A stretch of 64,000 bases of DNA, taken from assembly GCA_904420525.1 (NCBI GenBank), contig CAJFVT010000101.1:3546-67545 (forward strand). Direction: 5' to 3'. The notes beneath the pieces were generated by a model. That model was not told the DNA's origin. It searched no databases and saw only the letters and a list, made by a program, of their open reading frames with translations. Both the position numbers and the translations under genes were made by a program. Source of the DNA: an uncultured Clostridia bacterium. Lineage in GTDB: Bacteria; Bacillota; Clostridia; UBA1381. Positions 41,746 to 53,005 of the stretch are shown here, one piece after another (position 1 is the stretch's first letter; each line of letters opens with the position of its first letter).

Positions 41746-42558
41746 TTATTCAGCTATCAAAAGAGGTGTAAGCTCATACTTGTCAGCTATTTCCTTAAGT
41801 GTGCCGTCATTTACAAGCTCAGTTATTATAGAATTGACCTCTGCTGTGATATCAGAACCCTTTCTGAATGCTATGCCATAATTCTCCGATTCGAAGCTTT
41901 TATCTATAAATGTAAGATCTGAGAAGTCCGTTCCATCGCCTACAGAGGCTGTAGCCATAACATAGTCGATAACTGCCACATCAGCAGTCCCCGCCTCTAC
42001 TTCCATAAGTGCCGTAGCCTGCGACTGTACATCTGTATAGTTCGCGTTCGCAAAGAACTCATCCGCCAGAGCAAGCTCGTCTCCTGCCGAACCGGCCTCC
42101 GCAACGACGTTTGCACCGTCAACACTGTCTGTATACTTATCAACATCGGCAGCTCTCATCACGAGTACCTGTCTGTTCTCAAGATACGGAGTCGAGATCG
42201 ACATCGTCTCTTCCCTTTCAGGAGTTATAGTCAAACCGTTCCAGATACAGTCGATAGTCTTTGCATCAAGCTCCATTTCCTTGGAATTCCAGTCTATCTC
42301 ATGAAATTCCGGCGTCACTCCGAGCTTTTCACAAACAGCTGTTGCAAATTCAGTTTCAAACCCTGTAAGCTCGCCGTTTTCATCAGTATAGTTGAGCGGA
42401 TCTATCACAGTATAGCCTATCTTGAGCGATCCATTATCTCTTACATACGCAAGATCTGACTCTGTTTCTGATCCGGCTGTCTCATTTGTCGTCTGTGAAC
42501 ATCCCGCAGCTGCTATTAGCATAGCTGCCGCCGCCGCGATAGCGAAAAACTTTTTCAT
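41746..42558 (-). CDS. Amino acid ABC transporter substrate-binding lipoprotein
   Basis: Lipobox AAGC; IDCIWNGLTITPER, ENYGIAFRKG; promoter TTGACA-N17-TAGAAT at 42702-42674. Confidence 0.93.
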   Translation of the reverse strand: MKKFFAIAAAAAMLIAAAGCSQTTNETAGSETESDLAYVRDNGSLKIGYTVIDPLNYTDENGELTGFETEFATAVCEKLGVTPEFHEIDWNSKEMELDAKTIDCIWNGLTITPEREETMSISTPYLENRQVLVMRAADVDKYTDSVDGANVVAEAGSAGDELALADEFFANANYTDVQSQATALMEVEAGTADVAVIDYVMATASVGDGTDFSDLTFIDKSFESENYGIAFRKGSDITAEVNSIITELVNDGTLKEIADKYELTPLLIAE

Positions 42559-42827
42559 AATTTATTCTCCTCATTCCTTACTTTGATTTGCGCTTTATAC
42601 ACAAAAGACTATATAAGCATGAACCGCCGTGCCGCTGTATATAAAACACATGCACGCAAAAAATCGCACTATTATTCTACCACATAATATCAGATGTGTC
42701 AAGCAATTTCAGTTATTTTCAGCGAAATATCAGCCTTGAAACGCCCCTGACTGCTCAAACAGCACAAAAAAACTGCCGCGCAGTACAGTTCATAAAACCG
42801 TCCCGCGCAGCAGACTTTTTTGATCAT

Positions 42828-43031
42828 TCACTTTTTTGCCAGAAAATCATTTATGTTTTTTATGAGCGAGTCCGCATCCATACCATGCACCATGCATGCC
42901 TCTTCGATCGACTCCCCCTGTGACGCGGGGCAGCCTACACAGTGCATTCCCGCATCCATAAGAATATCGGCAATGCCGTAATCCATCATAAGTGCCTCGC
43001 CTATAAGCGTATCCTTTGTTACCTGTGCCAT
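42828..43031 (-). CDS. DUF1858 (hybrid-cluster-associated redox disulfide) protein
   Basis: GMHCVGCPASQGESIEEACMVHG; AGGAGG RBS. Confidence 0.9.
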   Translation of the reverse strand: MAQVTKDTLIGEALMMDYGIADILMDAGMHCVGCPASQGESIEEACMVHGMDADSLIKNINDFLAKK

Positions 43032-43101
43032 ATTTTTTTCCTCCTATAATTTTTGATCAGTGATCGCGAAACATCCGCTTCACAATTGCCCATTATTTGT
43101 A

Positions 43102-44901
43102 TCAGCCCGCAAAACAAGCTTCAAATTCCTCTCCGGAGATCGTTTCCTTATCAAGAAGCAGCTCGGCTATACTGACCAGCTTATCCATATGCTCCTTTAG
43201 TATACGCTCCGTTTCCCTGTATTGCGCCGAAATGATAGAACGCACCTCCTCGTCTATCTCAGCCGCAGTCTTTTCAGAATATCCCTTCGAATGTCCGAAA
43301 TCCCGGCCTAAAAACACCTCGCTGCCGTCATCATATGAGACTGGTCCTACCTTTTCGCTCATACCGTACTTCGTTACCATGTCCCTTGCGACTGCTGTCG
43401 CGCGCTGTATATCATTAGAAGCGCCTGTGCTTATGTCATCCATAGTAAGAGCTTCGGCAACGCGCCCGCCGAGCATAACGATTATGCTGCTGAGCATCTC
43501 GCTTCGCGACATATACATCCTGTTGTCCGATTCCGGCAGATACATGGTAAATCCTCCCGCTCTGCCTCGCGGTACTATCGATACCGTGGACACCTCCTGA
43601 GATGAATCCACTACCCTTGCAGCGATCGCGTGACCCGCTTCATGATATGCAGTGAGCTTCCTCTCGTTATCGGACATGATCTTTGACTTCTTTTCAGCTC
43701 CCATCATCACCTTGAGATTGGCCTGCTCTATATCACCGTTCGTGATGCGAACATGCTTCTTTTTTGCTGCTATGATGGCCGCCTCATTCATAAGATTTGC
43801 CAGATCCGCACCGGAATATCCAGTGGTCGTTTTTGCGATCTTTGCCAGATCAACATTCTCAGCCAGCGGCTTAGTTTCGGAATGCACCTTGAGCACAGCC
43901 TCTCTGCCTCGCACATCCGGATAATCAACTACCACCTGCCGGTCAAAGCGTCCCGGTCTTAAAAGCGCCTTGTCAAGGATATCAGGCCGGTTCGTTGCGG
44001 CAATTATGATGACCCCGTCATTATCTCCGAAGCCATCCATCTCCACAAGCAGCTGATTCAACGTTTGCTCGCGCTCGTCATGTCCGCCGCCCATTCCAGC
44101 GCCCCTCTTCCTGCCGACAGCGTCTATCTCATCGATGAATATGATGCACGGCTTGTTTCTCTTTGCCTGCTCAAACATATCCCTTACCCTCGACGCTCCC
44201 ACTCCAACGTACAGCTCAACGAAATCCGAACCGCTTATAGAGAAAAACGGGACTCCGGCTTCTCCTGCTACCGCCTTCGCAAGCAGTGTCTTTCCGTTGC
44301 CGGGCGCGCCTACAAGCAGTATGCCTCTTGGGATCCTTGCTCCGAGCTTTGTATATTTAGTAGGATCCTTCAAAAAATCTACTATCTCTTCAAGCTCCGC
44401 CTTTTCCTCTACAGCTCCCGCAACATCCTTGAAGGTCACATTGGTCCTTCCGCTCTGAAGCTTTGCTCTGCTTTTCGTAAATCCGCCGCCGGTACCGCCG
44501 CGTTTTGCAAAACTGACCAGCAGTATAACTATTAAAATGCCCAAAAACAGCACATCTATTACACTCATGATCGAAAAGCGCTGCTGCCTTGACTCTATTT
44601 CAAGAACACCTCTGGTCATCTGGTCGGCAATATCGTCTCCGGCATCATCATAAAGCACCTCGACTGAGGGGATAGTTGCCTTGCACTCAGTTACCGAGCC
44701 TGATTCGCTCCTTATCTCAGCTGTTACAGAGGTATCGGACAATTCCATTTTTACAACCTGCTCGTTTTTTATTGAAGCTATAAGATCTGAATACAGGATC
44801 TCCGGCTGCCTGTTCGAGGAATTTGACATATACAAATATCCTATATATGCAACCGCGAGTACGATTATCCATATCCCGAACTCACGAAAAAATTTTCGCA
44901 A
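43102..44901 (-). CDS. ftsH: ATP-dependent zinc metalloprotease FtsH
   Basis: Two TM helices, [42 protein letters not shown]. Confidence 0.97.
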   Translation of the reverse strand: MRKFFREFGIWIIVLAVAYIGYLYMSNSSNRQPEILYSDLIASIKNEQVVKMELSDTSVTAEIRSESGSVTECKATIPSVEVLYDDAGDDIADQMTRGVLEIESRQQRFSIMSVIDVLFLGILIVILLVSFAKRGGTGGGFTKSRAKLQSGRTNVTFKDVAGAVEEKAELEEIVDFLKDPTKYTKLGARIPRGILLVGAPGNGKTLLAKAVAGEAGVPFFSISGSDFVELYVGVGASRVRDMFEQAKRNKPCIIFIDEIDAVGRKRGAGMGGGHDEREQTLNQLLVEMDGFGDNDGVIIIAATNRPDILDKALLRPGRFDRQVVVDYPDVRGREAVLKVHSETKPLAENVDLAKIAKTTTGYSGADLANLMNEAAIIAAKKKHVRITNGDIEQANLKVMMGAEKKSKIMSDNERKLTAYHEAGHAIAARVVDSSQEVSTVSIVPRGRAGGFTMYLPESDNRMYMSRSEMLSSIIVMLGGRVAEALTMDDISTGASNDIQRATAVARDMVTKYGMSEKVGPVSYDDGSEVFLGRDFGHSKGYSEKTAAEIDEEVRSIISAQYRETERILKEHMDKLVSIAELLLDKETISGEEFEACFAG

Positions 44902-44986
44902 ACGAACACCTCCTAAAATGCGTTGTAGAAAAAGCCTGCTATAGGCTTTTCAACTTAGATAATTGTATCATAAATTTCGTATTATT

Positions 44987-46333
44987 TCAATACGAAATCC
45001 GAATTTTTATCCCAAAGCTTTTAAATTTGAACCGATCATCACGGCGATAGCCCATTACCCACGCTATTTTGCCGTCTATCGTCAGTATCCCGACCGAATC
45101 TCTGTCATCCCTGGGGATCTTGGTATCTATCATAAAGTCCTTGAGCTTTTTAGTTCCATTCATCCCCGACGGGACAAAGCTGTCTCCCGGACGCCGACTG
45201 CGTATCTCAAGCTCTGCGCCGCCTATATCCTCTGCCAGCCTGCCGGGAATTGAAAAATATTCGCCGTCACCTTTTTTTTGATCTGCCCTCTCCGCATGGA
45301 CGGTGAAGCCCAGCTCCGGTATATACAGCCCGCTGCCCAAGGAAAGCCTGTATGCAAACCCCTCCGCAGATCTCCGGCGCAAGGCTATCTTAAGCCTTCC
45401 GTATCCTACCGAGGCGGCCGCCGCTCTGTTTATGTCGGCTCTTGTTCCCGTTTTGTTCTCTGCCGCTATCTTTATCACAGATCTTATAACAGCCGAAGAA
45501 ACATCAGCAGTGCCGCAGCACTCGTCTATCATCATCCGCACGATCCTGAGCTGCATTGCCGGATGGAGCGAGTTCAGCACAGCCGTCTCTATCGCGCCGT
45601 CCTTTACATGCTCTGCATAAAGCCCTTCAGCCTCACCGCGAATAAAATCCTCCTCGCAGCTTATCACCGCAGCGTTTTTGGTTACAGTCTCTGTAAATGC
45701 AGGATTGAATTCCTTTTCTATAAATGGTATCAGCCTGTGCCGTATCCTATTACGCGTATACAGCTCCTCAAAATTCGTCGCATCGGTCACGTACTCTATC
45801 GAATTTTCAGCACAATACCGCTCTATCTCATCTCTGGACACATCGAGCAGCGGCCGTATTATCCTGTCCCGCCTGTACGGGATCCCGCACAGCCCGGTCA
45901 TACCGCTGCCGCGCATAAAATTCATAACTATCGTTTCCGCATTGTCGTTCCTATGATGCGCGGTAGCGGTACAGTCGATACCGTTCTCATTCATGAGACG
46001 CTCAAAATAATCATATCTGACAGCTCTTCCGGCCTGCTCCTCGCTCATCCCATGCTCTTTTGCGTAACCCTTGACATCCGCCCGGAGAGAAAATATCTCT
46101 ATCCCCAAAGACGCAGCAAACCGTTTTGAAAAATCCTCGTCGCGGTCGGCATCGGCACCGCGCAGACAATGATTTACATGAGCCGCGCTGACCGTAAATC
46201 CGTATTTTACGGAGAGTCTTTTCAATACATGCGCAAGAGCAGCACTGTCGGCTCCGCCGCTCAGTCCTATAAGTATTGAGCCGCAGCCCGTCATACCATG
46301 CTCCAGCATCGTTTTTTCAACCTTTTCTATCAT
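44987..46333 (-). CDS. tilS: tRNA(Ile)-lysidine synthetase
   Basis: SGGADS PP-loop, AHVNH, TAHHRNDNAET, RPLL, D.TN, RN.IR, C-terminal KKLKDF. Confidence 0.96.
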   Translation of the reverse strand: MIEKVEKTMLEHGMTGCGSILIGLSGGADSAALAHVLKRLSVKYGFTVSAAHVNHCLRGADADRDEDFSKRFAASLGIEIFSLRADVKGYAKEHGMSEEQAGRAVRYDYFERLMNENGIDCTATAHHRNDNAETIVMNFMRGSGMTGLCGIPYRRDRIIRPLLDVSRDEIERYCAENSIEYVTDATNFEELYTRNRIRHRLIPFIEKEFNPAFTETVTKNAAVISCEEDFIRGEAEGLYAEHVKDGAIETAVLNSLHPAMQLRIVRMMIDECCGTADVSSAVIRSVIKIAAENKTGTRADINRAAAASVGYGRLKIALRRRSAEGFAYRLSLGSGLYIPELGFTVHAERADQKKGDGEYFSIPGRLAEDIGGAELEIRSRRPGDSFVPSGMNGTKKLKDFMIDTKIPRDDRDSVGILTIDGKIAWVMGYRRDDRFKFKSFGIKIRISY

Positions 46334-47727
46334 GACTCTTCCGCCCTGTATTCTATATTTCTGAATTTCGTATATTCTCCCTTGAAGCCGAGCTGAAATG
46401 TGTCGGTCTCACCGTTTCTGTTCTTTGCTATGATACATTCCGCAAGCTCCTTTTCCTCCGGATCCTTGCTGTAATAATAGTTTCGGAACAGGAACATTAC
46501 CATATCCGCATCCTGCTCTATCGCACCGGACTCACGCAGATCCGACAATATAGGTCTCTTTCCCTTCTGCGACTCGCTCTCTCGCTTCAGCTGTGAAAGG
46601 GCTATCACGGGAATATCAAGCTCCTTCGCAAGCACCTTGAGCGATCTTGATATCTCAGATATCTCCTGCTGACGGCTCTCGCTCCTGCCGCTGCCCTGCA
46701 TGAGCTGCAGGTAGTCGATAACGACCATTGCAAGATCCTTTGTCTGCTTTAGCCTCCTGCATTTTGCGCGTATCTGAGACACTGTGATCGATGCTGTATC
46801 ATCTATATACATAGGCGATTTTGCAATAACGTCAGCAACATCGCATATCTTTTCCCAGTCCTCCATCTCCATCGTTCCGTTTCTGATACGGCCGTTGTTA
46901 ACAAGCGCCTGAGAGCACAATATTCTGTTTACTATCTGTTCCTTAGGCATTTCGAGATTGAATATCGCGACAGTCTTACCCAGATTTATACTTACATATT
47001 CCGCTATATTTACAGCAAATGTCGATTTTCCCATTCCGGGACGCCCCGCAATGATTATAAGCTCACCGCCATGGAAGCCTCCCGTTCTCTTATTCAGCTC
47101 GTCAAAGCCTGTAGGGATACCGGTTATGCCTCCGGCATTCTCGGCATTTTTTGCAAGAGTGTCATAACTCGTCTGCAGGATATCGCTTATATGCACAAGA
47201 TCGTTCTGCTCCCTTGATGACGATATGTCAAATATCATCTGCTCAGACCGCTCAAGCAGCCTTGCCAGCGAATCATTTTCATCATACGCCATCCTGGAGA
47301 TCGAATTTGCTCCCTTGATAAGGTCGCGCAGCACCGCTTTCTCCTTGATTATATCCGCATAATATTTCACATGACGAGTCGTTGGCACGCCAGTGATCAG
47401 CTTCTTGAGATAATCCACTCCTCCTACGGCCTCAAGCTTATTATTGACCTTGAGCCTTTCGGCGACCGTTACAAAATCGATCGCCTTATTCTCATTGAAG
47501 AGCTGCATTACCGCTTCAAAAACATATTTATTATCCGAAAAATAAAAATCCTCCGGCATCAGCCGCTCCGCCGCATCACCAAAGCTTGAAGCATCCTTCA
47601 GAGCGCTGCCTATGACCGCCTGCTCCGCCTCCATATTAAAGGGAAGATCGCGTTCTTCGACAAACTGAGCGTTAAGCCGCTCTAACGGTATCCGATCTTC
47701 ATCTGTCCGGTTTTCCCCGCCGTTCAT
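46330..47727 (-). CDS. dnaB: Replicative DNA helicase
   Basis: EAEQAVIGS, GRPGMGKS, IDYLQLM, ALSQL, SDLRESGAIEQDAD, KNRNG. Confidence 0.97.
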   Translation of the reverse strand: MNGGENRTDEDRIPLERLNAQFVEERDLPFNMEAEQAVIGSALKDASSFGDAAERLMPEDFYFSDNKYVFEAVMQLFNENKAIDFVTVAERLKVNNKLEAVGGVDYLKKLITGVPTTRHVKYYADIIKEKAVLRDLIKGANSISRMAYDENDSLARLLERSEQMIFDISSSREQNDLVHISDILQTSYDTLAKNAENAGGITGIPTGFDELNKRTGGFHGGELIIIAGRPGMGKSTFAVNIAEYVSINLGKTVAIFNLEMPKEQIVNRILCSQALVNNGRIRNGTMEMEDWEKICDVADVIAKSPMYIDDTASITVSQIRAKCRRLKQTKDLAMVVIDYLQLMQGSGRSESRQQEISEISRSLKVLAKELDIPVIALSQLKRESESQKGKRPILSDLRESGAIEQDADMVMFLFRNYYYSKDPEEKELAECIIAKNRNGETDTFQLGFKGEYTKFRNIEYRAEES

Positions 47728-47810
47728 TACTCCTTCATTCCTTCCCTTGTATATTCTTAAGCCGCAAAACGCCCCCGGATATCCCTTAAGCTCCGGGAGC
47801 GCCTAAGCAG

Positions 47811-48257
47811 TCACTGCTGTACCACATTCACCTTAAGTGTTCCATTTATTCCGGTATATATTTTTACTGTTACCTCTGTAACGCCCAGCACCTTTATTCC
47901 ATCGGGCATAACAAACTTTTTCTTGTCAAGCTTGATATGATGCTGAGCAGTTAAAGCCTCCGATACATCCTTTGACGTTACTGAGCCGAACAGTTTGCCG
48001 TTATCGCCCGCCTTAGCCTTTATAACCACTTCGATCTCTTTCATCTTTTCCGCGATGCTCTTGGCCTCTTCTGTCTCTGTTTTGATCTTGTATTCCAACG
48101 ATTCACGTTTTCCCTTCAGCACGTTTATATTCGATTTTGTAGCTTCCGTTGCAAGCCCCTTCGGCAAGAGGTAATTTCTTGCATAACCATCAGAAACTTT
48201 TACCATTTGCCCCTTCTTGCCCTGTCCTTTAACATCCTGTGTTAATATAACCTGCAT
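47811..48257 (-). CDS. rplI: 50S ribosomal protein L9
   Basis: MQVILTQDVKGQGKKG..VKVSDGYARNYL, GKLFGSVT. Confidence 0.98.
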   Translation of the reverse strand: MQVILTQDVKGQGKKGQMVKVSDGYARNYLLPKGLATEATKSNINVLKGKRESLEYKIKTETEEAKSIAEKMKEIEVVIKAKAGDNGKLFGSVTSKDVSEALTAQHHIKLDKKKFVMPDGIKVLGVTEVTVKIYTGINGTLKVNVVQQ

Positions 48258-48290
48258 ATAAAACAACTCCTTTTGTATATTTTTCCGTTA

Positions 48291-50300
48291 TTATTTACTC
48301 TCTGCGAAATAAGCTCTGACTGCTTCCTTCACAAGCCGTATCCCTTCATCAATACTTACGCCCTTGATCTGCGCCCCCGAGACTGTCATATGTCCGCCGC
48401 CTCCGAGCCGCTCCGTTATAAGCTGCACGTTTATGCTGCCCAAAGATCTCGCGCAGACTCCGGCTCCGTCGTTTATCGGATATACCACCATCGATGCCAT
48501 GATATCATTCAGGTTAAGCATCTCATCCGCCGCCTGCGATGCTATGACACGCATATTCTTATGTGTCCTGCGGGTATATGCCACAGCTATGTTCCCGTCA
48601 AGAAGCTTCGCCGTTTCCACGATCTCAGCCTTCATGCTGTAATCCTCCAGAGAGGTGCTGAACATCTTTCTTACCTCTACTGTGTCAAGCCCAAGCTTTC
48701 TTAGATACGAAGCAGCCTCGAACGTACGCACACCGGTCTTTAATATGAAATTCTTTGTATCCATAAGTATGCCGGTATATAAACACTGTGCCTCCGCCTT
48801 TGTAAGCGCATTTCCAACGCTCATGTATTCCAGCAGCTCCGTCGCCATCTCACAGGTAGAAGAAGCGTAAGGCTCATGGTACACCAATGAGCACGGACTT
48901 ATAAATTCAGTCGAACGCCTGTGGTGATCTATAAGTATTATCCTTGACACTCTTCCCACCAGCTTCGGGCACGGCAGCATAGACGGACGGTGCGTATCCA
49001 GAACCACCAGCAGAGAATCTGGAGTCACCTCCTCAAGCACCTCATTTTCATCAACAAACATCCCATGATATTCCTCGATATTTTTTAGTGCATTATACAT
49101 CTTCTCGACCGCCGGTGAAACACGCTCGTGAACTATATACGGTGTCTTGCCAAACTCACGGACCGCCCTCTGCAGTCCAACAGCTGCCCCGAAGCAGTCG
49201 AAATCCGCGCCGCGGTGACCCATGAATATTACATTATCACTGTTCTTGATGTAATCCTCCAGTGCTATCGCCACTGCGCGTGCCTTGATCTTTGTGCTCC
49301 GCTCATATTCACGATTCTTTCCGCCGTAAAATCTGAACTGGTTATCGTCCTTTATGCAGACCTGATCTCCGCCTCTGCCAAGAGCCATGTCAAGCGCGTT
49401 TCTCGCTCCTATCTCGTTTGCTTCCAGCGTACCGCCTGTGCCTATACCTATACTTATAGAAAGCGGGAATTTTGCTACCGCCGCAGCCTCGCGGGCCTTT
49501 TCTACCACATCAAACTTCTGATCTATATACTTCTTCAGATACTGGTGCTCGAATATAACAAAAAACCTGTCACGGTCAGTTTTCTTTATTACCGCATTTC
49601 CAGATCTTGCCCATGCGTTCACCGCACTTCTTATTTTAGAGCATGCCGCCTCCATCACCTCGTCATCAAACTTCTGCGCAAAATCATCATAGTTATCTAT
49701 ATTGACAATGGCGATGTCGGCACGCTCGTTCTCATACGCTTCCTCAAGCTTCTTTTCCTTGGTTATATCGGTCAGATAAAAAAAGACCGAAAAATGCGCC
49801 CCTATCTCATTCGGCGCTATTTTATCCTTAAGCACAAACCATCTTACTGAGTACATATTTTCACCCTGCACCGTCACGATGCCCTTCCCCTTCTGGTTCT
49901 TGAGCACATCCGACCACTTGAGCTCAGGAATAACATCGTCAAGCATACCGTCTGACAATGCCCGGCTGTCGAATATAGATGAAAATTTATCGTTATACCA
50001 GCGTATGGTCCCGTCAATGCTGCATATGGTCATCGGCAGCGGTACACTCATGAGCGCGTTTTCTGATACCCCCATATCATCGCTCAGGATCTTCTGGAGA
50101 TATTTGCTCATCTCTTTTTTGCGCACTGTACGGAGTATCAGTATATGGATAAATGCCGCTATACCTACCCCGCCCTGGACCGCCGCAATGATATATTCAC
50201 GTCTAAGCAGCAGCAAGAGCGCGCATATAATAAGGACAGCAGCGGCTGTGACCGCGACAGTCATATGCTTACGCATAACATACGAATATGCTTTTTTCAT
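48291..50300 (-). CDS. gdpP: Cyclic-di-AMP phosphodiesterase (PAS, degenerate GGDEF, DHH/DHHA1)
   Basis: Two TM helices, RGGDQ, GH..ADFD, IDHHR, GGGGH; upstream of rplI-dnaB. Confidence 0.93.
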   Translation of the reverse strand: MKKAYSYVMRKHMTVAVTAAAVLIICALLLLLRREYIIAAVQGGVGIAAFIHILILRTVRKKEMSKYLQKILSDDMGVSENALMSVPLPMTICSIDGTIRWYNDKFSSIFDSRALSDGMLDDVIPELKWSDVLKNQKGKGIVTVQGENMYSVRWFVLKDKIAPNEIGAHFSVFFYLTDITKEKKLEEAYENERADIAIVNIDNYDDFAQKFDDEVMEAACSKIRSAVNAWARSGNAVIKKTDRDRFFVIFEHQYLKKYIDQKFDVVEKAREAAAVAKFPLSISIGIGTGGTLEANEIGARNALDMALGRGGDQVCIKDDNQFRFYGGKNREYERSTKIKARAVAIALEDYIKNSDNVIFMGHRGADFDCFGAAVGLQRAVREFGKTPYIVHERVSPAVEKMYNALKNIEEYHGMFVDENEVLEEVTPDSLLVVLDTHRPSMLPCPKLVGRVSRIILIDHHRRSTEFISPCSLVYHEPYASSTCEMATELLEYMSVGNALTKAEAQCLYTGILMDTKNFILKTGVRTFEAASYLRKLGLDTVEVRKMFSTSLEDYSMKAEIVETAKLLDGNIAVAYTRRTHKNMRVIASQAADEMLNLNDIMASMVVYPINDGAGVCARSLGSINVQLITERLGGGGHMTVSGAQIKGVSIDEGIRLVKEAVRAYFAESK

Positions 50301-50365
50301 AGTACCCTCCAATGCCGCTTATACGCGGCCGCAAACAGGCTCTGATCTTTTGTTCCTTTTCCGGA

Positions 50366-50671
50366 TCATACCCGGTTTTTGATATACCTGCGGAGCTCCG
50401 ACATATCGCGGAATTCCGATTCAAGCGCATGCCCGTTTTCCTCAGCGAGCGACAGAAGCTCAGATATCCTCGAATCCAGCGTGCTGTGAGTTATCCCAAG
50501 ATGCTTAGCCAATATGTAATCCATTGCAACTATCGTTGATATCGAATTCTCAACAGCGTTGTAATCCGCGATCTCGTCATAGTCTGCAAGAGTACGGTAC
50601 AAATTGGCTACTTCCGTCAGTACCTCGCTTTTTATCTGTTCAATAGCCTTAAGATTTGCGGCAATGTTCAT
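50366..50671 (-). CDS. MazG-like family protein
   Basis: 'NI..NLK.IE..K.E.L..VA.LY...Y.LA..LGI' pattern and position upstream of gdpP as in other Clostridia; promoter TTGACA-N17-TAGAAT at 50777-50749. Confidence 0.75.
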   Translation of the reverse strand: MNIAANLKAIEQIKSEVLTEVANLYRTLADYDEIADYNAVENSISTIVAMDYILAKHLGITHSTLDSRISELLSLAEENGHALESEFRDMSELRRYIKNRV

Positions 50672-50915
50672 AGTGAAAACCTCCTTGATCTTAACCGTTA
50701 TCCGGCTATTACGGCTTTATTTGCATATCTGCGCATGAAGCCAATCTAATTCTAACACAGATTTCTGATGATGTCAATATTACGCACGCAATTTTTTCCG
50801 TTTTCAAAGGTTTCAAATGTTTTCAGCTAAACAAATTTATTGATCGATCTATTGCATTTTATCATCAGCCGTGTTATAATTAGCTTATAAAATTTTAATG
50901 AAAGTGGAGCGACAA

Positions 50916-51587
50916 ATGAAACTGTTTCAAAACAAAAAGATCATGCTTATTCTGCGGCTTCTGCCGTTTATTGCCTGTATAGCTCTTATAACCGGGTATT
51001 ACGCGGCCGGAAACGAGTTTTCCGCTGAAGCCATCCTTTCGTATACTCCCGATGAGCCGCTGCTTGCGGTGATCGTTATTCTCTTGCTTTACGCCATGAA
51101 AAGTCTTTCCGTCATCTTTCCTGTTATGGCTCTTTTCATTGCCTGCGGGACTATATTCGGGACTCTTCCAGCCCTTATCATCAATTTTACCGGTATGGCG
51201 GTATGCATGAGCGTATCTTATTGGTTCGGACGTTTTTCAGGTCAGGAATTCATAAAAAGTCTTTCATACAAGCACCCCAAGCTCGCGGCTGCGGTGCAGT
51301 GGCAGGAGGACAACGATGTTTTCCTATGCTTCTTTCTCAGAGCCGTTAATTCACTGCCGCTTGATATAGTGAGCATGTATTTCGGAGCTGTCAGGATGCC
51401 GTTTTTGAAATATATCTTTTCAGGACTTATAGGAGCTGCTCCCGGAATAGTCGCCGCAACAGTGCTCGGAAACAGCATAAGCGACCCGGCATCGCCGGCA
51501 TTTATCTTCTCCGTGCTCCTCACTGTGCTTATAGCGGCCGCTTCCGCTGCCGCTTACTCTTTATACAAAAAAAAGCGTCACGCTTAA
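50916..51587 (+). CDS. TVP38/DedA (VTT domain) membrane protein
   Basis: 'ACG.IFG', 'SYWFGR..G', 'FLRAV..LP.DIVS.YFG'; promoter TTGCAT-N17-TATAAT at 50852-50880. Confidence 0.88.
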   Translation: MKLFQNKKIMLILRLLPFIACIALITGYYAAGNEFSAEAILSYTPDEPLLAVIVILLLYAMKSLSVIFPVMALFIACGTIFGTLPALIINFTGMAVCMSVSYWFGRFSGQEFIKSLSYKHPKLAAAVQWQEDNDVFLCFFLRAVNSLPLDIVSMYFGAVRMPFLKYIFSGLIGAAPGIVAATVLGNSISDPASPAFIFSVLLTVLIAAASAAAYSLYKKKRHA

Positions 51588-51605
51588 AGAAAGGATCGAT
51601 AATCT

Positions 51606-52826
51606 ATGCTGCCTGGCAGACAAAACAGAAATATAAAACGTATATCAAAATGGATCATAGGCATTGCAGCCGCCTGCATACTTATATACCTTGCGGCCAG
51701 TAATATAAGCGGGATACTTGCAGAGCTTTCCAGCTTCGCAGGCCTGTTCATGCCTTTAATAATCGGCGCCGTTATCGCATTGGTGATAAACGTTCCGATG
51801 CGCTCTATAGAAAAGCGCTTGTTTCCGAAAACAACCAGACCTAGACTCATCAGGTTCCGCCGCCCGCTGGCGATCATTTCGGCTGAGATACTTGTATTTG
51901 GTATTTTCGTCCTTGTCGCAGCGCTTGTTATCCCGGAGCTTGTAAAAGCTGTCGCCTTACTGTCCGGGAATCTGCTCAGCTTTGTAGACAGGCTGGCACA
52001 GCTCGAATCAACTATAGATTTTTCCAAGCTGCCGTTCGGAAACTATCTTTCCCAAATAGACATAGACTGGAACGAGATAAGGACAAGCATAGAACAGCTT
52101 GTAAGATCACAGGGAATGAATGCGTTCAACACCGCCCTGAACACAGCAGGCTCTGTCGCGGGCGGACTTCTAAACTTCGTTATCGGCTCCGTTTTTGCGA
52201 TCTATGCTCTGTTCCACAAGGAAAAGCTCCAAAGCCAGGCAAAGCGTCTTATCAGCGCATGGCTGCCCTCTAAGGCTGCGCGTCAAATTTTTCACATATC
52301 CTCCGTATGCGGCGAGACCTTTCGTAATTTCATCGCGGCACAGACTACAGAGGCTCTTATACTTGGTTCCATGTGCGCGCTTGGCATGATGATACTTCGC
52401 CTCCCTTACGTTCCGATGATAAGCGCTTTAGTCGGAGTCACCGCACTCATACCAGTTATCGGCGCTTTCATAGGAACGATCGTAGGAGCATTTATGATGC
52501 TAACGGTGGATCCGATAAAAACAGTGATTTTTGTTGTTTTCCTGCTGATACTGCAGCAGATAGAGGGAAATCTGATCTATCCAAAGGTCGTGGGAGCATC
52601 CATAAGACTTCCTGCCATGTGGGTGCTTGCAGCTGTAACAGTCGGCGGCTCCGCCGGCGGTCCGTTCGGAATGCTTGTAGGCGTACCTACAGCCTCCGCA
52701 CTTTATACTCTTATCAGAGAGGCGACTGAACATCGTGAACAGAAATTGGCTTCTGAGCCGGGCAGTGAAGCTCCTCCCGCCCCCGAGAGTACAGCAGATG
52801 CCGTAAAGCCCGAAGGATCCGGCTGA
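51606..52826 (+). CDS. AI-2E (PerM) family transporter
   Basis: P..IG.VIA...N.P, LIPVIGAFIG, LQQIEGNLIYPKVVG, GMLVGVP. Confidence 0.92.
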   Translation: MLPGRQNRNIKRISKWIIGIAAACILIYLAASNISGILAELSSFAGLFMPLIIGAVIALVINVPMRSIEKRLFPKTTRPRLIRFRRPLAIISAEILVFGIFVLVAALVIPELVKAVALLSGNLLSFVDRLAQLESTIDFSKLPFGNYLSQIDIDWNEIRTSIEQLVRSQGMNAFNTALNTAGSVAGGLLNFVIGSVFAIYALFHKEKLQSQAKRLISAWLPSKAARQIFHISSVCGETFRNFIAAQTTEALILGSMCALGMMILRLPYVPMISALVGVTALIPVIGAFIGTIVGAFMMLTVDPIKTVIFVVFLLILQQIEGNLIYPKVVGASIRLPAMWVLAAVTVGGSAGGPFGMLVGVPTASALYTLIREATEHREQKLASEPGSEAPPAPESTADAVKPEGSG

Positions 52827-53005
52827 CATCAAAATCTGTAATTAATAGTCTCCGTATCGGATACGTCCAAAAACATGCGTCCATATGAGATAAAAAATTA
52901 AAAATTAACTGTCGAATTTGGTAAACACGTATATTGAAATGGACTTGAAGTTATGTTATACTATAAACAAATAATAAACATTTTTTCGAAAGGAAGTAAA
53001 ATTTT

